Shown: in pieces, positions 40,300 through 46,704 of the stretch | How positions within the stretch are numbered: the stretch's first letter is position 1 | Layout of the letters: each line of letters begins with the position of its first letter | Assembly: GCA_002245135.1 (NCBI GenBank) | Contig: NGBS01000001.1 | Coordinates: forward strand, 558,001-604,704 | DNA length: 46,704 bases | Direction: 5' to 3' | Source: Proteromonas lacertae | Taxonomy: Eukaryota | Notes under the pieces: model-generated | The model's input: the letters and a program-made list of their open reading frames with translations, nothing else | What the model was told of the DNA's origin: nothing | Databases searched by the model: none | Program-made: the position numbers and the translations under genes

Positions 40300-40532
40300 A
40301 GTTATTTTTTTCATTTATCAAATTAATAATGGATTTATATAGTGTAGTTAAAAACATTCAAAAGAATTTAAATAGTATCAAAAATATATATTTAAAGAAT
40401 TATCTGCAGTATTCTATATTTTTTAATAAATCGAAATTCTGACGAGAAACTGTTGTTATAAACAGAAAAAAGAAACAGTTTTGATTTTCCTGATATTTTA
40501 GAAAAACCGTTTTTATCAAAAAAATATAAAAT

Positions 40533-41012
40533 ATGTGTGCTTCAGTAAACTTTGCTTTCTTTTGTTCATTTAGAAATAATGAAGATTATTTAGATAAGTG
40601 TATATGTGGAACATGTAAGTTTTACTTATATTTTAACCATAATATAAGTGCAGTTTTAGATAGTCCATTACCTAAGGAAGAGATAAAGTCTTATAATGAA
40701 TTCTGTGCTATTTGTCATCAAAAGATGTGGACAAAGTACAGTGATAAGAGATATTACATGATGCTTTTCGATATTAAACCATCAGTAAAACCAAGAGGAT
40801 TAAATAGACATTATTTTGCAGTGTTTGATAAGTATATTGAATGGTTAACACTACCTGAAGGAATGGGAAGTGTTCATTTGAAGAAGAATCCTATGTTGAA
40901 ACATTATGTAAAGAAGAATTATATATTTGATGATAGTGATGATGATGAGGAAGAAGAAGCACAAGAAGAAGTTAAAGGAAACAATGATCAAACTACGATA
41001 AACATACTCTAA
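40533..41012 (+). CDS. Viral ORFan with putative Zn-binding Cys pairs and acidic tail
   Basis: 159-aa intronless ORF with CICGTC and CAICH. Confidence 0.6.
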   Translation: MCASVNFAFFCSFRNNEDYLDKCICGTCKFYLYFNHNISAVLDSPLPKEEIKSYNEFCAICHQKMWTKYSDKRYYMMLFDIKPSVKPRGLNRHYFAVFDKYIEWLTLPEGMGSVHLKKNPMLKHYVKKNYIFDDSDDDEEEEAQEEVKGNNDQTTINIL

Positions 41013-41147
41013 ATTTTAAAACGAATCTTTATCTTAAAATGATTTGGGACAGGGTTTAAAAATATGCGTAATTTAATAAAAATCATATAATATAATAAAA
41101 ATATAATAAATTTTATAATAAACATAATAAAATAATCATAATAAAGA

Positions 41148-41934
41148 TTAAAATGGTTCTGTAACACCTGTATCCATCCACTCTGTTATAATAACTTGAG
41201 GTGGGAATGCTTGATATGAATATGCATCAAGACCTTTTCGTTCTATATAAAGATTACATTTATTATTATTATTTCTTAATATAGGCCAAAAACATCCATA
41301 ATCATTAATTGCAGGTTGTGAAGTTTCATTTATTACACCTTGTATAGGGAAGTATATTCCATTACTACCATCTACAAAGTATGTTTCTAATAATTTGTTA
41401 TAATATTGTTGCAATAAATCTTCTTTACCTGGTTCAGCTTTAATAACATGATTGTCATCTAGATATAATATAAATCCATAACCATCATCATGATTTTTTA
41501 AAACAAGGCCATTGTATATCTTGATTCTCATAAAATGTTCAAACATTTGAATTTTTATAGGTACTTTTACAGTAGATTCATATTGATTGATCGAACCATC
41601 TTGAAATATATAGAAATTAACTGACCAATATGTATATTCAGTATGCAATAATTTAGGTGATACAGAATTATTAACTATTGTAGTACTACCTCCAGAGCTA
41701 TTATTTACAACATTATATATTTCTTGACATTTACCATATATAGTATTTGTAGTAGTTTTGATATCATTAACAGGTGTAATAATATTATTTATTTGAGTAG
41801 TCAGTATGATTATTAATAGGTTTAACAATAGTATCAGGATCAGTAGGTTGTATATTTATTTTGTCAGCTATATCTTTAGCAAGCTTATCTGTATCAATAT
41901 TTATATCTGAAGTATTTCGTTCCCCAATAAACAT
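41148..41934 (-). CDS. Viral ORFan, possible virion fibre/spike protein (frame break near 41790)
   Basis: ATG at 41934 (MFIGERN) overlaps the out-of-frame ORF 41148-41828; N/T/S-rich stalk-like start, beta-rich aromatic C-terminus; co-oriented with the capsid genes. Confidence 0.5.
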
Positions 41935-41978
41935 TTTTTGAATTAATAAACAATAAAATAACAAAATTAATAAAAACA

Positions 41979-42739
41979 TCAAGAAACTTCAGAATGATCT
42001 TCAATCAAAATATTAAAGTTAGCTCTAAACACTTTTTTAACATTATCAATATATAAGAAGTTATATTGTGGCTTAGTAACAGCTAAATATAACTCTTTAA
42101 ATGTTTCATATTCAGGTATCCATATATTCAATGAGTTGTATAAGTCAAACAAATTTCTATTACTCAATCCATAAAATGTTAAACAATAATCTACTTGTGA
42201 TCTTGCTGAAGGTACTATATCAGTAATATATTGACTACTAATTATAATTTTGATTTTAAATGTCTATTTTCTTTCATTAATACTGGTATGATATTAGCTG
42301 TTTTCAACTCTAAACTAAGATCATCAAATATTATAATATGTTCTGCATACTCAAAATTATCTTTGTTTGTATCATCAATTGATTTCATTAACTTCTCTAC
42401 TAAATTATCTCCTGAATAAGGTTCAAATAATGAATCGTTTTCATCATAACTAATTTCATTATAATCTAATAACTCTTTAATTGAATCATATATCCTATCT
42501 TGTTTAATTGTACCTACGAAAAAATGTACATGTTGTTTTTTCTTATATTTTGGATCTATAATATGTCTTAATATATTGTATATCAAAGTAGTTTTCCCAC
42601 TGTTCTTACGAGCTACAATAAATATATTGCAGAAAGGCTCATTAAAGTAATCATATCCCAGAATTTTCTTAGGATCAAAAGACTCACCACCATCAACAGG
42701 TTCAATTTGTATATTATTTATTTTTTCAAATTTAAACAT
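41979..42739 (-). CDS. A32-like (FtsK/HerA) viral DNA-packaging ATPase, one 1-nt frameshift near 42248
   Basis: Walker A IVARKNSGKTT, Walker B IIIFDDL; restoring one A gives RHLKSKIIISSQYITDIVPSARSQVDY and joins ORF 41979-42167 (KPQYNFLYID). Confidence 0.88.
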
Positions 42740-42809
42740 AGTGTGTGTATATATTATGTAGTGAGAAATCAAAAAATAAAAATAGAAGTCAATAATAAAG
42801 TATTATTAC

Positions 42810-44228
42810 TTATACTACCTTTTCAACACCTCTTGGTCCAATAATCAATTGTTTACCAGTAATTATGTAGAACTTATGATGAATTGTATATGGATTATGA
42901 TTAGCATCAAATCGTTGATTTGAGCAATCCAAAGTAATTTTTAAATCACTTGCTAAGTCTTTACCAGCTCTTAATTTTAATTCAGTTAATCGATCAGTAC
43001 TGAAATTTAGAACATCAAAAAATGAATTGGGAAATGATAATGTATTACATTTATCAAATATTGTATTTTGAATAATATTTCTCATATATTCCCATGTCTG
43101 ATATTTTGCAGGATATAAATAATCAGGTGTATAAACGAAATCATTAATTTGCCATCTTATTCTATCTTGATCTTGATCAAAAGGAATAGTATCTCTATTA
43201 TATGCATCATTATAATATGCTCTGTATAATATATATTTAACATAACTTCCTATGCTACTATTAATACTGAAGTTATAGTTAAAAGTATTACTACCTGGAA
43301 TTGGATCTTTAGTGATTTGAACTATATTAAAGTCAGTAAAGTCAATAGGATGATGAGTTGAATAATTAATGGTATTAGCATTACATGTTGGATCTTTATT
43401 GTAACAAATGTAAAGTCTAGGATTAATAATTTTCATTCCTACATGCTGTTGCCATGAATTAATCCAAACAGAACCATTGCTATGATGAATCCAATTCATT
43501 ATAGGAGCAAATGTGAATTGAATATAAATGACTTCACCAAAATAAATATCATTCTTCAAAGCTAATATGGTATTATAGAAATCTGCAAAATGAAATCTAC
43601 AGTATAGTTTTCCATGTAATATATCTTCTGTTGTTCCCATTTCTTCCCAATAATTCCAAACACCTCCATTTGCATTTAAAGTAGAATTAGAATTACATAT
43701 AGTTGTTTCAGCTATTTTATTATTTCTAATGCGTAAGCCATCAAATAAATATTCATAATAATGATAATCTTTTATATCATAAGGATACTGGTTAGCAATT
43801 TGATGAGCTAAATCTCGATATTCATTATAACTACTATCTAAATCACATAGAAGTGTTCCAGTTTTATTGTATACTTTGATAGTTCCAAAATTCATTGAAT
43901 TCCTTAAATTTATATGATCTAACATTTTACCAGTAGTAGAATCAGTTACAGGTGTAATAGGTAATTTCCATTGTCCTTTACCTGCATCTGCATGATCTCT
44001 TTTTTGACCTGTAGTATAATCTAATTCAAATTCAAAGTAACTTTTAGATAGATTAACACAATTATCACCAGATATTTCAAATGTAATAGCATCACTGTTT
44101 GAATTTAAAGATAAAACAGTCTCATTTCTGCTTTGGTTAGGTGTAACTAAAATATGATTGTAGACAGGTATATAAGCTGGCACAATGCTTTCATGTTTTT
44201 GTGAATTAGGTACAGCAGTGATTGACAT
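42810..44228 (-). CDS. Major capsid protein, double jelly-roll (PLV/virophage type)
   Basis: 472-aa beta-rich ORF with N-terminal ITFEISGDNCVNLSKSYFEFEL pattern typical of PLV capsids; lies between the minor capsid and ATPase genes. Confidence 0.8.
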   Translation of the reverse strand: MSITAVPNSQKHESIVPAYIPVYNHILVTPNQSRNETVLSLNSNSDAITFEISGDNCVNLSKSYFEFELDYTTGQKRDHADAGKGQWKLPITPVTDSTTGKMLDHINLRNSMNFGTIKVYNKTGTLLCDLDSSYNEYRDLAHQIANQYPYDIKDYHYYEYLFDGLRIRNNKIAETTICNSNSTLNANGGVWNYWEEMGTTEDILHGKLYCRFHFADFYNTILALKNDIYFGEVIYIQFTFAPIMNWIHHSNGSVWINSWQQHVGMKIINPRLYICYNKDPTCNANTINYSTHHPIDFTDFNIVQITKDPIPGSNTFNYNFSINSSIGSYVKYILYRAYYNDAYNRDTIPFDQDQDRIRWQINDFVYTPDYLYPAKYQTWEYMRNIIQNTIFDKCNTLSFPNSFFDVLNFSTDRLTELKLRAGKDLASDLKITLDCSNQRFDANHNPYTIHHKFYIITGKQLIIGPRGVEKVV

Positions 44229-44282
44229 ATTTTATGTTATTTTTTAAAAATCAAAAAATGCTTAAAAATAGCAAGAAATTTA

Positions 44283-45254
44283 TTAATACAAAATAATCTC
44301 AAAATAAATAGGTAAGTTATTTAAATCAATTGCATAACCATCTTGTTGAGAGACTGATATATTCATTCGTTGATATTCGTGATATTGCATCTTTTTAGTT
44401 GTCCATTCAATTTGTGGATTAGTGAATGTAGTATAATCTGCATTTATATCAGTTACAGGTATATTTGCTAAAACCATTGAATTCTCACCACTATTAACCC
44501 AGTCACATCTAATTTGTATGAATGACACCCATAGTAAAGAAGGCTGATTTGGTAACAAATTAGAATAATAATTAAAATCTTTACTGAAATATGCATCACT
44601 TAAATGATTTGCATGATAAATTGATATACTTTTATTTATTTCATCTAAACCAAATAACTTATATGCTAAGTTAGGGAATTCCATACTAAAATCTGTAAAG
44701 TAATATTTTCCGAAATGAGTAATATAATTAAATTGTAACTTTAATCTATTTTCTGAAGTTTTTTCAAATTGAAGTACATCTGTTTGATCATCTACTTTAT
44801 GAAATGGAAATCTATTTGCAAAATCTTCATCAGGTAATGGTTCCACTCCATTATCAAATGCATAAAAAGTAAAACTTAAGAGATTTCTAGCAAAATAATC
44901 TAATAATTCTTTTCCTGTATATTTTCTTTGAGGTATTTTAATATCAATAGTTTTATTATAAGGTCCATTTTGGTTTTCAGGGTATGCCCATTTTATTGGA
45001 TTTGTTTCATCTGGATTAATGCAGCTATAATAAGTAAAATTAAAGAGTATATGATCATTTACTTCATCTTGTACTGTATAGAAGTTATTTGGAATAACTG
45101 CAGTAATTAAACTCATATATTGATATTTTTCAGTTATAGTTGGAGTATTAATACATCTTGTCCATCTATTTGAAAATTTTGAATCATAGTCTGATGTAGT
45201 TAAGAACAATGATCTTCTATTATTTATAACATTATTACTATCTTTAGGTTGCAT
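44283..45254 (-). CDS. Minor capsid (penton) protein, single jelly-roll
   Basis: LITAVIPNNFYTV, IKIPQRKYTGKEL, IQIRCDWV..VLANIPV, ISVSQQDGYAIDLNNLPIYFEI: the motif order of Polinton/virophage pentons. Confidence 0.82.
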   Translation of the reverse strand: MQPKDSNNVINNRRSLFLTTSDYDSKFSNRWTRCINTPTITEKYQYMSLITAVIPNNFYTVQDEVNDHILFNFTYYSCINPDETNPIKWAYPENQNGPYNKTIDIKIPQRKYTGKELLDYFARNLLSFTFYAFDNGVEPLPDEDFANRFPFHKVDDQTDVLQFEKTSENRLKLQFNYITHFGKYYFTDFSMEFPNLAYKLFGLDEINKSISIYHANHLSDAYFSKDFNYYSNLLPNQPSLLWVSFIQIRCDWVNSGENSMVLANIPVTDINADYTTFTNPQIEWTTKKMQYHEYQRMNISVSQQDGYAIDLNNLPIYFEIILY

Positions 45255-45333
45255 TATGTTTTATAATTGTTGAGAAATATTAAAATATTATTTTATTTGA
45301 ATTATTCTTTAATTTATATATCGTTATATATAT

Positions 45334-46704
45334 ATGCAACCACAACCACAAGTTAACAATTCAAATGATGAAGAAGATGAACCAACAGATGATGATTATG
45401 AATATGAAGAAGATGAAGATAATGTACCTATTGATATGAACAGAATAAGACATAGAAGAAGACATAGAAGGAATCAAGTCATACCATTTCAAGATATAAG
45501 CGAAGATGATTTGAATAACTATGTGAATCAAGAAGTGAAAAGATTTAACAAAACATTGATTATGCAATATAGACTGATTCCTGTAGGTTGGCCAAATCAT
45601 GAGTTTAATAGAATATATAATTTATATGATGAACATATGAAAATGTTTAATTGGTGTAAGAATTTATTTGTAACAGGTCCTTTTGCACATGGTAAACCAT
45701 TAGAAGCTTATAATCCAAAATTAGCAGGAAATGAAAATTCTGCTAATGCAAGAGAATGTGGAATATTTAAAACTCGCATAGCAGATGGTATTGATAAATT
45801 GTGTATGGCATCTGATTTTATATTACAAAGAAATCCATTTGTTGTTTTACACCCAAAAGAGAGAATAGGTGTTACACAACTAGAAAATAGAAGAATTAAA
45901 AAAACTCATTATGAAATTGATGAAAGACATCCAGAACCAGAAAATGATTTTAACATAATGAATAATGAACATTATAATAGTGCAGCTGAAATAAGAGCGG
46001 AAAATGTTATGCAAAATAGACATGATAATATGGTAAGAGGAGTATTAGTAAATGCAGACAATGGAAGTAATGATAATAACAATAATAACAACAATGGAAA
46101 TAATAACAATGATAATAATGAAAATAATAACAATGCAAATTATGATATAATTAGCTTTTGCGATTCTCTGAAAGATAAGATAAAGTTCTACATAGGTCGT
46201 TTAATGAGAACTAAATTTTGGTATTTAACAAATCAAAAAGAAGAAACAGCTTATTCAATTGCATTAATCATATACAACTGTGTAACTGATTTGTATATAT
46301 TAGCTTTATATTACATACCAATATTAAAAGATAAGTAAGTGGTAATTATCAAAATGATAATGAATATACTTTACCATATCATCCTGATAGAAGAAATTTT
46401 ATGGATTACCAGATGGTGATAATAGAAACAGATATAGATATAACTATTTAGCAACTATACAAAAAATATTAACAGAAGCGCATGTACCACAAGGTCAAAT
46501 CAATACAAATATATTTGCTAATCCTATAACTTTTAGAATGAATAGAGCTTTAGATACGCAACTTAACCGTCAAATTAAACATAGAAGATCAGTTCCAGCT
46601 TATGTTGGAATGAATGTTGCAGATCATAGAAATTGGAGATATGTTGCACCAGCTAATTATCCTCCTGCTCATCCATCAATTACTGCAGATTTGATTGATA
46701 GAAA
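45334..46704 (+). CDS. Large viral ORFan, probably continuing past the window end
   Basis: 334-aa ORF to 46338; coding-like sequence continues after apparent 1-nt shifts near 46335 and 46400 (GLPDGDNRNRYRYNYL...) and stays open to 46704. Confidence 0.55.

Larger units (their letters stand above)
39871..46704. mobile_element. Endogenous Polinton-like virus / virophage-like element (left part; truncated by window end)
   Basis: Abrupt switch to intronless, tightly packed ORFs including minor capsid, major capsid and packaging ATPase. Left boundary is approximate (start of the structured non-coding segment). Confidence 0.88.

Noticed and set aside
281..45600. Many short antisense or alternative-frame ORFs in the track (e.g. 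483-746, 2087-2422, 18208-18474, 36125-36541, 45361-45600)
   Set aside because: They overlap well-supported genes and have no motifs; shadow ORFs.

Overview
Very AT-rich, gene-dense eukaryotic DNA with many tiny (~28-40 nt) GT-AG introns. This architecture resembles Blastocystis-like gut stramenopiles (inference only). 0.3-25 kb holds spliced housekeeping genes: RPL24 with a candidate intronic C/D snoRNA, CDC27, FCP1, NSA1/WDR74, a cystatin-like gene, a WW-SH3-MyTH4-RhoGAP, DHX37, a bromodomain protein, a pseudokinase, an ankyrin-WW-kinesin-14 fusion and a PHP phosphoesterase. 25-35.5 kb is an intron-poor accessory block: a BTB/Ig/SPRY-like gene, two glycosyltransferase-like genes, a tandem Crinkler/RHS-type NTPase-nuclease with a SAP domain, and an HxxxDG acyltransferase. 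A USP deubiquitinase and a stand-alone I29 protease-inhibitor gene follow. From ~39.87 kb to the window end lies an intronless endogenous DNA virus of the Polinton-like virus/virophage type: minor capsid, double-jelly-roll major capsid, A32-like packaging ATPase and ORFans, preceded by a ~430-nt highly structured non-coding left end. The element runs off the window, so no polymerase, integrase or right terminus is visible. Several ORFs are split by single-base homopolymer indels that may be assembly errors. All assignments come from motif recognition by eye; no searches were run.
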